From the NCBI GenBank assembly GCA_965228735.1, contig OZ245838.1:992001-1056000 (forward strand): a DNA stretch of 64,000 nucleotides. The letters are read 5' to 3'. A program made the translations under genes and the position numbers. A model generated the notes under the pieces. It searched no databases, was not told the origin of the DNA, and saw only the letters and a list, made by a program, of their open reading frames with translations. The stretch comes from Planctomycetota bacterium (lineage in GTDB: Bacteria; Planctomycetota; UBA1135; UBA2386). Shown here one piece after another: positions 38,086-48,292 of this stretch (within the stretch, counting starts at the first letter, position 1; every line of letters starts with the position of its first letter).

Positions 38086-38475
38086 CTACTTCTTCGCGGC
38101 TTTCTTGGTCTTGGCGGCGCGCTTCTCGGTCGCCGCCTTGCTGCGACCGCTGGGCTTCGTCGTGGCCTGCATCACGTTCTGCCAGGCGTCGGTGACGAGG
38201 TCGGTGATCGTTCTGACGTCGACCGCGGCGACGGTCACGAGCGTGTAGCCGCGCTCCCCCCAGGCGCCGGAGGCGGGGACGATCGCATCGCCGAGTACCT
38301 GTTTGCGCTCGCGCTGCTGGGCCGGCGTCAGCTTCACCATCGCGCGTTTGCCGTCGGGGTTGAGCGATGCGAAGATCCGGCCGTTGCAACGGAAGTCGAC
38401 GACGTCGTGGTGGCCGCCTTGCACGGCACCATCACAGGCCAGCGCGAGCTGGCGGAAGCGCGCGAGCGTGGCCAA
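38086..38475 (-). CDS. MmcQ/YjbR family DNA-binding protein
   Basis: FRQLALA...HHDVVDFRCNGRIFASL, VKLTPAQQ, GAWGERGYT. Confidence 0.8.
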   Translation of the reverse strand: MATLARFRQLALACDGAVQGGHHDVVDFRCNGRIFASLNPDGKRAMVKLTPAQQRERKQVLGDAIVPASGAWGERGYTLVTVAAVDVRTITDLVTDAWQNVMQATTKPSGRSKAATEKRAAKTKKAAKK

Positions 38476-38479
38476 TCTC

Positions 38480-39271
38480 CTAGTCCTGGCGTGGCAGCGC
38501 GTGGCAGACGTAGGTCGGGTCCTTGAACTGACCCGTGACGTCCTCGAGCGTGTAGTGCGCGCGGTTCTCGATGCGGTCGAAGTCGCAGCACTCGAGGATG
38601 GAGTCCAGACCGGCGGGGCTCATCTGCCACCAGTTGCACTCGTTCCACTCGCCGACGAAGCGCGCGATCGGGCCCTGCTCCTCGGTCTGGAGCGCCGAGA
38701 TGGACACGATCAGGCGGCCATCGGGCTTGCAGCACTCGCGCATGCGCTGGATGCCGAGGATCGGATCGCGCACGTGCATGAGCATCGCGCCGGAGAACAC
38801 GATGTCGAACGTGCCGAGCTCTGCCGCCGTGAGCTCGTAGATCGGCTTGAAGACGCGTCGCGTGCGCGTGCTGCCGAGGGCCTCGCCGACGACGGTGAAG
38901 CCGTCGATCATCACGTCGGCGTTGTCCTTCGCGGCGCGGTCCTGGTCCTTGCTCGCCAGTTCACGGCGCTTGCGCGGCGTCCAGTCGTGGGCCTCCCAGC
39001 TCGGCAACTCGATGCCGACGACCTCGTCGGCACCGCGACGCTCGAACTCATAGGCGAAGAAGCCCGTGCTCGCACCGACGTCGAGCACCCGTTTGCCGCT
39101 CAGGTCCGCCGGGAAGTTGTAGTGGTCGAGGTAGTCGGCCATCCGAAAGTGGCCGGGCGTTTCGACGCCGTCACCGAGATCGATCCGGTGATACCAGCTC
39201 TCGATCTTGGCGACGCGCTCCTGCAGGGTCGCGATCTGCTCGGGGGTGCGGGGTTGTTTGCTGCTCGACAT
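38480..39271 (-). CDS. Class I SAM-dependent methyltransferase (DUF1698/CmoB-like)
   Basis: WYHRIDLGDGVETPG, VLDVGASTGFFAYEFERRGA, FDIVFSGAMLMHVRDP; start at ATG 39271, since the longer ORF runs through the repeat cluster. Confidence 0.85.
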   Translation of the reverse strand: MSSSKQPRTPEQIATLQERVAKIESWYHRIDLGDGVETPGHFRMADYLDHYNFPADLSGKRVLDVGASTGFFAYEFERRGADEVVGIELPSWEAHDWTPRKRRELASKDQDRAAKDNADVMIDGFTVVGEALGSTRTRRVFKPIYELTAAELGTFDIVFSGAMLMHVRDPILGIQRMRECCKPDGRLIVSISALQTEEQGPIARFVGEWNECNWWQMSPAGLDSILECCDFDRIENRAHYTLEDVTGQFKDPTYVCHALPRQD

Positions 39272-39349
39272 TGGCTCGAAGCACCATATCGGCCAGCCCA
39301 AGGGACGAAACTTGAACGTGCCGATCCCCGGAGGTTTGTCGCATCGCCC

Positions 39350-39512
39350 GTACGGAACCAGGTTCATGCTGCCGGCCGCGATTTCGTTGTCGCGCAGGTG
39401 GCGTTCCGGGCGGCCGGCAGCATGAACCAGGTTCCGTACTCCGGGGTCCGTTGTCGCGCAGGTGGCGTTCCGGGCGGCCGGCAGCATGAACCAGGTTCCG
39501 TACTCCGGGGTC
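39350..39512. repeat. REP/BIME-like cluster: three 30-bp palindromic units (one forward, two reverse) within two identical 64-bp tandem copies
   Basis: GTACGGAACC(A/T)GGTTCATGCTGCCGGCCGC at 39350-39379 (+), 39410-39439 (-), 39474-39503 (-); 39385-39448 identical to 39449-39512. Confidence 0.9.
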
Positions 39513-39514
39513 GT

Positions 39515-41272
39515 TCAGCGCAATGCCGTGTAGAGCCCGGAGCTGCGCTCCGGCCAGCGGGTGACGCCCGCTCGGAGCAGCTCGGCCTCTGCCACGAGCA
39601 GGGCGCGGCGGCGGGCGCGGGTGATGCCGGTGTAGAGCAGCGGGGCCTGCCAGAGCGGGCCGTCCTCGCTCGGCATCGAGAGTACGACGGTGTCGAACTC
39701 GCTGCCCTGCGACTTGTGGACGGTCATCGCCCAGGCGGTCTCGTGCTCCGGCACGCGGAACGCGCTCACGTAGCGGACGCCGCCGTCCGCGCCGGGGAAC
39801 GCGACCTGCGGTCGGCCGTTCTCGTCGCGGCACGCGACGCCGAGGTCGCCGTTGAAGATGCGGTTCTGATGGTCGTTCGCGAGCACGAGGATCGGGCGGC
39901 CCGGATACCACGGGTCGTCGACCCGGATGCCGTGGCGCGCGAGCAGATCCTCGATCCGGCGGTTCCACGCGAGCGTGCCGCCCGCGCCGTGGCGGGTGGC
40001 CGCGAGCACCCGCAGCCGGCCCAGGTCGGCGACCGCCTCGTCGGCTGACGCGGCGACGATGGCCAGCAGTTCGTCCTCGAGTTCGCGGAGGACCGCGTCG
40101 GGGTCGGTCGCCAGAACGAGATCGGGGTGGCCCGCGTCGAGGACCGCGAGCGCACCCCGGGGATCGCGAAGCGCGAGTGCGCGCGCGAAGTGATCGAGGC
40201 CCGGTTGCGCGCCGAAGCGGTGGTTCACCCGCAGCTGGATGACGTGATCCGCGATCGGCGGCGCGTCGTCCTGCGTCGGCAGCTGCATGCCGGTGGTCTG
40301 CCGGACGAGGTCGGCGAGCGCGCGCCCTGGGCCGCGATCGGCGTTGGCCGCCCGGCAGAGATCACCGAGGACCTGACCGGCGGCGACTGCCGCGAGCTGG
40401 TCGCGGTCGCCGACGAGCACGAGGCGCGCGTCGTCGGCCAGCGCATCGAGCAGCTCGGCGAGCAGGACCGGATCGAGCATCGACGCCTCGTCCACGACGA
40501 CGACGTCGAACGGCAGCGCCCGGTCACGGCCGAACAGGAACGAGTCGTCGAGCGCGCGGTAGCCGAGCAGGCGGTGCAACGTGCGCGGTTCGAGGTCTGG
40601 CAACGCAGCCTGCAGCGTGGCGTCGCTCGCGGCATGCCGCCGGATGGCCTCGGCCATGCGGGCGGCGGCCTTGCCCGTCGGCGCGCAGAGCGCGATGCGC
40701 GGGGTGATGCCCTGTTCGTCCGGCAGGTCGAGGAGCAGCGCGAGGAGTCGCGCCACGGTCGTGGTCTTGCCCGTGCCCGGGCCGCCCGTGAGCAGCAGGA
40801 AGCGCCGGCTCGCGGCCGCGGCGATCGCCGCGAGCTGCCAGTCGGGTTCGACCTCGCCGCCGACCGGGGGCTCGACCGGCAGCTCACCGCGCGCCGCGAG
40901 GGCATCGCGCAGGACCTCGGGGGGGACGGCCGCCGGCGCCGCCAGCCGACTCTGCAGCGCGGTCGCGATGCGCCGCTCGACCGCGAAGTCGCGACGCAGG
41001 TAGAGCCGATCCTCGGCATCGAGAACGAGCGGCAACATCGCCTTCTCGTCGCGCCCGCAAACGCCGGAGGTCAGCAGCCCCTCGCGCAGCGAGTCGGCGT
41101 CGACCTCGCGATCGTGCGCCAGATCGTCGAACGGCAGGCAGACGTTGCCGGCCGCGCGATGGGCGGTCAGCAGTCGCACGGCCTGCGTGACGGCGGGCCG
41201 GGTCGCGTCGGTCGCGTAGCGCGCGAGCGCCCGCCCGAGGACGTCGCCGACGTTCGGGAGCTCGGCCGTCAT
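39515..41272 (-). CDS. recD: Exodeoxyribonuclease V alpha subunit
   Basis: LYLRR, LLTGGPGTGKTT, APTGKAAAR, VVDEASM, GDRDQL, NGDLG, AMTVHKSQGSEF, LLYTGITRAR. Confidence 0.96.
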   Translation of the reverse strand: MTAELPNVGDVLGRALARYATDATRPAVTQAVRLLTAHRAAGNVCLPFDDLAHDREVDADSLREGLLTSGVCGRDEKAMLPLVLDAEDRLYLRRDFAVERRIATALQSRLAAPAAVPPEVLRDALAARGELPVEPPVGGEVEPDWQLAAIAAAASRRFLLLTGGPGTGKTTTVARLLALLLDLPDEQGITPRIALCAPTGKAAARMAEAIRRHAASDATLQAALPDLEPRTLHRLLGYRALDDSFLFGRDRALPFDVVVVDEASMLDPVLLAELLDALADDARLVLVGDRDQLAAVAAGQVLGDLCRAANADRGPGRALADLVRQTTGMQLPTQDDAPPIADHVIQLRVNHRFGAQPGLDHFARALALRDPRGALAVLDAGHPDLVLATDPDAVLRELEDELLAIVAASADEAVADLGRLRVLAATRHGAGGTLAWNRRIEDLLARHGIRVDDPWYPGRPILVLANDHQNRIFNGDLGVACRDENGRPQVAFPGADGGVRYVSAFRVPEHETAWAMTVHKSQGSEFDTVVLSMPSEDGPLWQAPLLYTGITRARRRALLVAEAELLRAGVTRWPERSSGLYTALR

Positions 41273-44200
41273 CGCTCCGCTCCCTCGGCCCGGGCCGCGC
41301 GCAGCTCGCCCGCGACCCATTCGTCCATCGCGGCCACGAGGGCGCGCTCCGGCCGGTCGCAGAACATGCCGTTGGCCGAGTCCGCGACCGCGCCCCGCAA
41401 GAACGCGTAGCACACCCCGCCGAAGTGGCGGTCGTAGTCGTAGTCGGGCAGCCGCGTCCCGAGCAGCCGGTGCAGCGCGAGCACGTAGAGGTGGTACTGC
41501 AGCACGTAGTCGTGCTCGTGCATGGCCGCGGCAAGGGCGTCGGTCCCGTAGTCCGTCACCGCATCGCCGAGGTGGTTGGACTTCCAGTCGACGATCCAGT
41601 AGCGCCCGTCGTGTTCTGCCAGCAGATCGACGAAGCCGACGAGGTGGCCGCGGAGCGCGCGCTCCGGCAACGCCGCGAGGCGCGGCGCGTAGGTCTGGGC
41701 GATCGTCCCGCCGTGCCGCTCGAACACGCCCGCGAGCACGTCCGTGCGACAGTCGATCGCGGGCAGCGTGAAGTCCCATTCGGCCGCGGCGGCACCGCCC
41801 GCGAGTTGCTGGATGGTCGGGCCATCGGTGCCGGCCCGGGCCGCGGCGAGGGCCAGGACGTTGGCCCGCACGACTGCGATCGAGTCGATCGGCCCGATGT
41901 GCGCGCCGGGGTCGAGCAACGCGTGCTGCCGCAGCTTGCGTTCCACGAGATCGCGATTGCCGGGCGATTCCGGCGTCTCCCAGTCGAGGTGCTCGAGGAT
42001 CTCGTGGAGACAGTTGCCGGCGGCTGCGCCGCGCGCGAACGCGAAGATGCCCGTCGGGGTCGCCTGGGCGCTCGCCGGGGGCTCGGCGCCTGCCCGGGCC
42101 GGATCCGTGGTGTCGCGGGCCGCGATCTCGGCCGGCGCATCGGCAACGATCGACGAGAAGCTGTGCAGGCCGCGGGCCCACGGGCGTCGGCGCGGGACGC
42201 GAGGCCGACCCCGACGTCGGCCCGCCGACCCCGCCGGCTCGGCGCGGTCGGGGACGGGTTCGGGTGCGGGGTCCGTCGCAACCTCGACGAGTGCCATCTG
42301 CTCGGGGTTGGCCTCGACGGCGTGCTCGATGAGGCTCCGGACCGCCGCCGGCTCCTTGTGACGATTGACCCAGTCCTCGTACCAGTGGCCCTTCTTCCCG
42401 CTCGCACGGCTGCGATCGGCCGCGGCGAGCGGGCCGAGCATCCAGCAGAGCGCGCTGCGCTTGCTGCCCGCACCCTGGTGACCGAGCGCCCCGAGGTGGA
42501 CGTAGCAGCGGCGCTTCGCCCGCGTCAGGGCGACGTAGACGAGTCGCGCGTCCTCCGCCAGCCGCTCGAGGTCCGCGGCGTAGTAGAGCGGATGGTCCTT
42601 CTTGAGCTCGAAGACGAGCTCCCGGCCGGTGTCCGTCGGCGCGATCGACTCGGTCGACGGCGTCCGGCCGTCCCAGAGGAACGGGCAGAACACGACCTCG
42701 TACTCGAGCCCCTTGCTGCCGTGCACCGTGAGGATCTGCACCGCGTCTTCGTCGCTCTCGAGCCGCAGCTCCCGCAGTTCGTAGTCGATCTGGTCCCGGT
42801 GCAGGCGTTCGTGTACCAGGAACTCGAGGAGACCCTCCGGCGACAGACGCCCTTCGTGCTCGGCACGGTGCAGCAACTCGGTGAGCTGTTGCACGTTCGT
42901 CAAACGACGTTCACCGCCGCGGATGGCGAGCATGCGATCGACGACGGCGCGATCCGCGAAGAGCTGCTCCATCATCACGACGAACCCGCGACGGACCCAG
43001 GTCAGGCGCCAGCGTTCGAACCGCAGCAGATGCTCGTCGATCCGGTTCCCCGCGGCGGAGTCACCGTCAGTCGTGGCGGCGCGCTCGTCGTTGAGGGCGT
43101 GCAGGGCCGCGGCATCGAGCCCATAGATCCGGGTTCCCATGGCGGCCCGCGCGCGCTGCAGGTTGCGCGGCTGCAGGATGGCCCGCATCAGCACTTCGAG
43201 CTCGCCGACCTCGTCCGTCTCGAGCACGTCGCCGGCCTTGCCGATGGCCGAGACGATGCCGATCGCGCGCAGCTCGTCCTGCACGCTCGTGGCCTGCGCG
43301 TTGGTGCGCGTGAGGATCGCGATGTCGCGCGGCGCGAGCGGCGCGCCGTCCTTGGTGACCCCGGCCCGGAACAACCGCGAGATCTCGGCGGCGACGTCCC
43401 GGGCGATGCGCGGTTCGGCGACGGACTTCGCGATCTCCTTGTCCGCGGCGAGATAGCGCCACACGAGGGGGGGCAGCTCGTCACCTTCGAGCCGCAGCGC
43501 ATCGGGTTCGGCGTTGGCCACGACCGCCGGCAGGTCGATCTGCGGCAGCACGAACGCGCCGGGTCGCTTGCACGTGGCCTGGACCGCGCGCACGAGGCCG
43601 TCGGCCGTGCGGAAGTTGGTACCGAGGGTGAAGCGCTGCTCGGCGTCGTTGCGCGCCGCCAGGTAGGCGTCGAGGTCGGCGCCACGGAAGCCGTAGATCG
43701 ACTGCTTGGGATCCCCGATGAGGAACAGCGGCCGCTCCGCGAAGCAATCCGCGAAGATCTCGTACTGCACGGGGTCCGTGTCCTGGAACTCGTCGATGAG
43801 GGCCACCCGGTAGCGCGAGCGCACCGCCTCGCGAACGGCGGGCCGGCGCTCGGGGTCCTGCAGCGCCGCATGGGTGCGCGCGAGCAGATCCTGGAACCCG
43901 AGCGTGTGTTCCTTGCGCTTGTGTGCCGCGATGCGCGCGTGCATGCGCCGCAGCAGCTCGGCGCGCAGGTGACGTTTCGATTCGTCGAACGCGGCGGCGA
44001 TCGCGTCGCAGGTCGCGAAGAACGGGTGATCCGTGCACTTCCTGGCCGACTTCTGGGCGACCTCGTCGAGCTTCTCCGGTGCGAGCTGCCGAAGCTCGGG
44101 CAGCACGAGCTCCGGCGCCGCCGCGATGCGCTCGACGAGGCGCTCCGGGCTGATGGGTCGGTTGCTCCTGTAGAGGCCCTCGCCCTTGCGCCAACGCATG

Positions 44201-44901
44201 CGCCCGATGCGGCTCGCGATCGCGTCGGCGTCCGCCCGCGCCTGTTCACCGGCGACGGCGAGCGCGCGGCCGAGTTCCTCGAGGTGCGTCGCCGCATCCG
44301 CGGGATCCGGTGCCAGCGCAACGTCGGGGTAACGCTGCCAGAGCGTGTACTGTCGCACGAGCTCCGTCGGTCCGAGTTTGGCGACCGCGAGCAGCGCACT
44401 TCGCGGGTCCGCCGCCGTCGTGTAGCAGGAGCGCAGGGCATCCGCCGCCGCGACGTGCAGCATCGGCACCGGATCGACCGCGAACTCGAGCGCGAACGGC
44501 TCGCGCGTCTCGAACGCCGCGTCGTCGAGCAGGCGCTTGCAGAAGCCGTGGATGGTGTGGATCGAGACGTTGTCGAACTCGTCCAGCGCGCGCACGAGCC
44601 GCGGTTCGGCCTCCGGCGATCGCGCGATGGCGGTGAAGAAGTCGTCCCCGTGACCGCCGCGCGCGATCGCGAGCGTCCGGTGCAACCCGGCGCGCAATCG
44701 GTTCTTGAGCTCCGCGGTCGCGGCCACGGTGAACGTGACCACGAGGGCCTGGTCGAGGCTCTCGATCTGTTTCTCGAGCAGCATCCGCAGCAGCAGGCCC
44801 ACGACGCTGTAGGTCTTGCCGGTGCCGGCGCTCGCTTCGAGCATCACGGTGCCGGCGTCGAGCGGCGCGGTCAGCAGGTCGAACTCGCGCGCGACCGTCA
44901 T
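41269..44901 (-). CDS. recB: Exodeoxyribonuclease V beta subunit
   Basis: EASAGTGKT, TIHGFC, LIDEFQDTD, IGDPKQSIYGFRGAD, TVHGSKGLEY, YVALTRA, nuclease GFVDLL..IVDWKSN..LQYHLY. Confidence 0.97.
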   Translation of the reverse strand: MTVAREFDLLTAPLDAGTVMLEASAGTGKTYSVVGLLLRMLLEKQIESLDQALVVTFTVAATAELKNRLRAGLHRTLAIARGGHGDDFFTAIARSPEAEPRLVRALDEFDNVSIHTIHGFCKRLLDDAAFETREPFALEFAVDPVPMLHVAAADALRSCYTTAADPRSALLAVAKLGPTELVRQYTLWQRYPDVALAPDPADAATHLEELGRALAVAGEQARADADAIASRIGRMRWRKGEGLYRSNRPISPERLVERIAAAPELVLPELRQLAPEKLDEVAQKSARKCTDHPFFATCDAIAAAFDESKRHLRAELLRRMHARIAAHKRKEHTLGFQDLLARTHAALQDPERRPAVREAVRSRYRVALIDEFQDTDPVQYEIFADCFAERPLFLIGDPKQSIYGFRGADLDAYLAARNDAEQRFTLGTNFRTADGLVRAVQATCKRPGAFVLPQIDLPAVVANAEPDALRLEGDELPPLVWRYLAADKEIAKSVAEPRIARDVAAEISRLFRAGVTKDGAPLAPRDIAILTRTNAQATSVQDELRAIGIVSAIGKAGDVLETDEVGELEVLMRAILQPRNLQRARAAMGTRIYGLDAAALHALNDERAATTDGDSAAGNRIDEHLLRFERWRLTWVRRGFVVMMEQLFADRAVVDRMLAIRGGERRLTNVQQLTELLHRAEHEGRLSPEGLLEFLVHERLHRDQIDYELRELRLESDEDAVQILTVHGSKGLEYEVVFCPFLWDGRTPSTESIAPTDTGRELVFELKKDHPLYYAADLERLAEDARLVYVALTRAKRRCYVHLGALGHQGAGSKRSALCWMLGPLAAADRSRASGKKGHWYEDWVNRHKEPAAVRSLIEHAVEANPEQMALVEVATDPAPEPVPDRAEPAGSAGRRRGRPRVPRRRPWARGLHSFSSIVADAPAEIAARDTTDPARAGAEPPASAQATPTGIFAFARGAAAGNCLHEILEHLDWETPESPGNRDLVERKLRQHALLDPGAHIGPIDSIAVVRANVLALAAARAGTDGPTIQQLAGGAAAAEWDFTLPAIDCRTDVLAGVFERHGGTIAQTYAPRLAALPERALRGHLVGFVDLLAEHDGRYWIVDWKSNHLGDAVTDYGTDALAAAMHEHDYVLQYHLYVLALHRLLGTRLPDYDYDRHFGGVCYAFLRGAVADSANGMFCDRPERALVAAMDEWVAGELRAARAEGAER

Positions 44902-47900
44902 TCGTCCCTCAGGTAGCTCAGCGCCGGTCGCCAGATGCGCGCGGACCATTCCGCGAACTCCGGCAACGCGAACGGATCGCGCCCGCGCATCGCGAGCGCA
45001 TGGTTCTCGTCCTCGGAATCGTGCAGCACCGGATTGCCGGGCCGTTGACTGGGGTGCCACTTCTGCGCCGCCTGCCGCAACGCTTCTTGCGGCTCCTTCT
45101 GCTTGTCGAGCTGCTCCGCGTACGCCATCGAGCTCTTCTCGATGAGCGGCAACGGCGCGACGATCCCGGCGCGGAACGCCGCGATGAGGCTCCGGAGCTG
45201 CTCGTCCGCCATCGCGGCCGGCAGCTCGAGGAACCGCTTGCTCTCCTGCCGGCCGATGAGCACGGTCTCGGCCGGCAGATCGGCGCCCTGATGGCGGGCG
45301 ACCGCCGCGGCGACGTGCAGGACCCAGCCGCGGAGGCGGTCCTTCGCGCCGAGATAGGCGACCCGGGCGTAGACCACGGCGTTCGTGCCGACCCCGGGCA
45401 ACTCGCCGCGCACGAGGGCATCGTCGGAGCGCGCCGTGATCGGACACGCGCGCAGCTCGCCGTGGGCGTCCAGCTCCTGGGCGAAGCGCGCGAACTCGGC
45501 TTCGATCCCGGCGAACAACGCGGCCCCGGTGCCACCGACCGGCAGCTGGCCGGACGCGCGGGTGAGGGCGAGATCCGGCGGCGGCAGGTCGCGTTGGCGG
45601 CGCTGCAGCGCTTCGTAGTGGATGCGCCAACGGCTCAGGCCGTCGACCTCGAACGGCTCGGTCGCGGTCGCCTCGTCACCGGATCGCGGCAGTCGCAGCT
45701 GCAGCGTGTTGCGCAGGAACCAGCGACACGGATGCCAGAAGAAGTCGACCAGGGTGGCCAGCGGAATCACGGCCCGATCGGCCGGCTCCGGCACGTTCAG
45801 CGGTTCGGCGCAGAACGGCTGCTCGGGCACGCCTGCTGCCGGGAGCGCGTCGGACCCGGCGAAGTCCGCAGCGGCGAGCCGATACGTGAACAGGCGATCG
45901 TCGTGGCCCGTGAGGTAGCGCGAGCTCCAGACCTGCAGCGGGTGGCGGACGTGGACGGCGCTCGCTGCCGAGTCGCGACCTTCGGGCGGAACGGCACAGC
46001 GGTCGATCACCTCGAGGAGTTCGGCGAGCACGACCGAGGGCGCGCACTCACTGTCGTCCTTCTGCGAGTGGCCGACGTGCGTGAGGTGCAGACGGTCGCG
46101 CGCCGCCATCAGGCAGTCGAGGAACATCTGGCGATCGTCGAGGCGGAGGCTGCGATCGCCGGGCCGGCGGTCGACCGCCGCGAGGTCGAACGGTGCCGGC
46201 CGGTCCACGCGCGGGAACGCCTGGTCGTCGAGGCCGCAGAGGAACAGCTGGCGCACCGGCACTGCGCGCATCGGCAACAGGGCGGCGATGGTGACCTTGC
46301 CCGACAGGAAGCCCTGGCTCGCGGCCGTCCGCCCGAGCGCGAACTCGAGCCAGTCCTGCAGCACGAGGTTGCTCACTGGCTCCTGGTGCGCGGCCGTGGC
46401 CGCGTGCGCCCGCAGTGCCGCCGCCGCCGCGTGCAGGTCGGCAACGCCCTGGTTCTCCGTGCCCGTCGACGGCAGGAACAGCGCGCCTGCGAGTTCGTCG
46501 ATCCGGTCGGCCCATTGCGCGAGCGGCAGCGGCCGTTGCAGTCCTCGCAGCAGCGCGAACAGCGTGTCGGCGAAGTGCGCGAGCCGCGCGACGAGGACCT
46601 CGCGCCCGGCCGTCGTGTCGGCCGCGGGCAGGTGGCCGAGAACGAGGTCGTCGGTCGGCCCGGTGGCCACGCCGAGCAGCATGCGTTCGAGCCCGTGGCG
46701 CCACGAGTTGTCCTCGAACGCGGGGACCTGGAACTGCTCCTCGCGCATCGCACCGTCGACGCCCCAGCGGATCCCGGCCCGGTCACACAAATGGCGCAGC
46801 GTCTGCAGGTCGTTCCCGAAGATGCCGAAGCGCCGCTGGACCGCCGGTTCTTCGAGCAGGTGCAGCACGTCGAACACGGCGAGGCGATCCTGGGCCAGCC
46901 GCAGGGTCTGGAACAGCGCCGCGCAAATCGGGGACTCGCTGCGGGGACTCTTGTCGGCCACGGTGAACGGCACGTGGTCGGCGACCGGGCCGAAGACCGC
47001 CTGGGCGAACGGCGCGTAGCGTTCGATGTCCGGCACGAGCACGAGCACGTCGTGCGGTTCGAGCGTTTCGTCCTCGGCGAAGGCCCGCAGGATCTGGTCG
47101 CGCACGACCTCCATCTCGCGTTGCTCGGAATGGCAGTCGTGCACGAGCAGCGAATGATCGCCGGCCGCGAGTTCGAACGGCGGCGCATCGCTCGAGCCCG
47201 CGCGACGATCCCGCAAGAACGTGATGTCCTGCTGGATGCACTCGAGCAGGGTGCGCGGTGCCCGAACGGTGGGTGCGTGCAGGTCCCGCCGTTCATCGAC
47301 TTCGATGTCCGCGAGCGCGCGCTGGAACTCGCGCGCTTCGGTGCCGAGGCTGGCCAGCAACGGGTTGCCGCCGAACCGCTGCGTCGTGCGGCGGTCCAGC
47401 CCTTCGAGCAGTCCGGGTGCTGGGCTCGGCACGTAGAACACCACCGGAATGTGCTGCGCGACGAGTTCGAACAGCTGCAACAACGCGGGCGGCAGCGTCG
47501 ACGTGCCGAAGATCGAGAGGCGCGGCGGGAGCGCGCGGCGGGCGCGTTCCGGGTCGTTGAGCAGCGCGCGCAGATGGGCGACGCGGTGCGCACCGGACGC
47601 GGTCGGATCGATGCTGTTGTCGCCGCCCGGCTCGGGCGCGCGCGGCGGGGCGAGCTCGGCGAAGAGATACCCGGTCTGGCGGTCGGTGGACGGACCGTCT
47701 CGTTCGGGGCCCGCATCGGCCGCAACCGGCGCATCCGCGTGCAGCGCGCGCCACAGCCGCGCCTGCCAGCGCCCGTGATCGCCGAGCTTCTGGAGGTCAT
47801 CGCCCTGGGCCATGCGATCGAGCAGGTCGGGCCGGTAGAGCTGATAGTCGTCGAAGCACGCCGCGAGCCGTTGGCTCAGCTGGAACCGCTTGCGGCCGTC

Positions 47901-48269
47901 GGGGTCGTCCGTGCAGTAGTGTGCCGCGGCGCCGAGATCGCGTCGCAGCGCGGGTTCGCCCAGCAGTCGGTGGATCCGGAACACCAGAGCTTCGAGTCCG
48001 AACCGCGCGGCCACGTCGGCCGTGGCCGATCCTGACCGCTCGCGGGCGAGTTGCTGCAGCCAGGCGCCAGCGAACGGCAGCTCCAGGCCGGCCGCGATGC
48101 CGTGCTGCTCGGCCAGGGCATACCGCAACCAGCGCGCCATCCCCTGGCCCGGAACGAGGATCGTCTCGTTCACCAGCGGCGGCAATGGGGCCGTCGCGAG
48201 GCGCTCGGCGAGCACGCGCAACAAGTCCTCGAGCCGTTGGCTCGTGTAGATCAGTACCCCCGTCGGCAC
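44898..48269 (-). CDS. recC: Exodeoxyribonuclease V gamma subunit
   Basis: SQRLEDL, ILVPGQGMARWL, FDDYQLYRPD, NPLLASLG, CHSEQREMEV, LLPMRAVP, DRSLRLDDRQMFLD. Confidence 0.95.
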   Translation of the reverse strand: MPTGVLIYTSQRLEDLLRVLAERLATAPLPPLVNETILVPGQGMARWLRYALAEQHGIAAGLELPFAGAWLQQLARERSGSATADVAARFGLEALVFRIHRLLGEPALRRDLGAAAHYCTDDPDGRKRFQLSQRLAACFDDYQLYRPDLLDRMAQGDDLQKLGDHGRWQARLWRALHADAPVAADAGPERDGPSTDRQTGYLFAELAPPRAPEPGGDNSIDPTASGAHRVAHLRALLNDPERARRALPPRLSIFGTSTLPPALLQLFELVAQHIPVVFYVPSPAPGLLEGLDRRTTQRFGGNPLLASLGTEAREFQRALADIEVDERRDLHAPTVRAPRTLLECIQQDITFLRDRRAGSSDAPPFELAAGDHSLLVHDCHSEQREMEVVRDQILRAFAEDETLEPHDVLVLVPDIERYAPFAQAVFGPVADHVPFTVADKSPRSESPICAALFQTLRLAQDRLAVFDVLHLLEEPAVQRRFGIFGNDLQTLRHLCDRAGIRWGVDGAMREEQFQVPAFEDNSWRHGLERMLLGVATGPTDDLVLGHLPAADTTAGREVLVARLAHFADTLFALLRGLQRPLPLAQWADRIDELAGALFLPSTGTENQGVADLHAAAAALRAHAATAAHQEPVSNLVLQDWLEFALGRTAASQGFLSGKVTIAALLPMRAVPVRQLFLCGLDDQAFPRVDRPAPFDLAAVDRRPGDRSLRLDDRQMFLDCLMAARDRLHLTHVGHSQKDDSECAPSVVLAELLEVIDRCAVPPEGRDSAASAVHVRHPLQVWSSRYLTGHDDRLFTYRLAAADFAGSDALPAAGVPEQPFCAEPLNVPEPADRAVIPLATLVDFFWHPCRWFLRNTLQLRLPRSGDEATATEPFEVDGLSRWRIHYEALQRRQRDLPPPDLALTRASGQLPVGGTGAALFAGIEAEFARFAQELDAHGELRACPITARSDDALVRGELPGVGTNAVVYARVAYLGAKDRLRGWVLHVAAAVARHQGADLPAETVLIGRQESKRFLELPAAMADEQLRSLIAAFRAGIVAPLPLIEKSSMAYAEQLDKQKEPQEALRQAAQKWHPSQRPGNPVLHDSEDENHALAMRGRDPFALPEFAEWSARIWRPALSYLRDE

Positions 48270-48276
48270 CCGGTCG

Positions 48277-48286
48277 AGGGTACGAT
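48277..48286. promoter_or_regulatory. Overlapping divergent -10 elements (leaderless starts for recC and the 48293 gene)
   Basis: AGGGTACGAT = TACCCT on minus (7 nt before GTG 48269) and TACGAT on plus (6 nt before GTG 48293). Confidence 0.55.
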
Positions 48287-48292
48287 GCCATC

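Noticed and set aside
39350..39512. Possible CRISPR array
   Set aside because: Units are in both orientations, intervening sequences are duplicated rather than unique, and no cas genes are present; it fits REP/BIME better.
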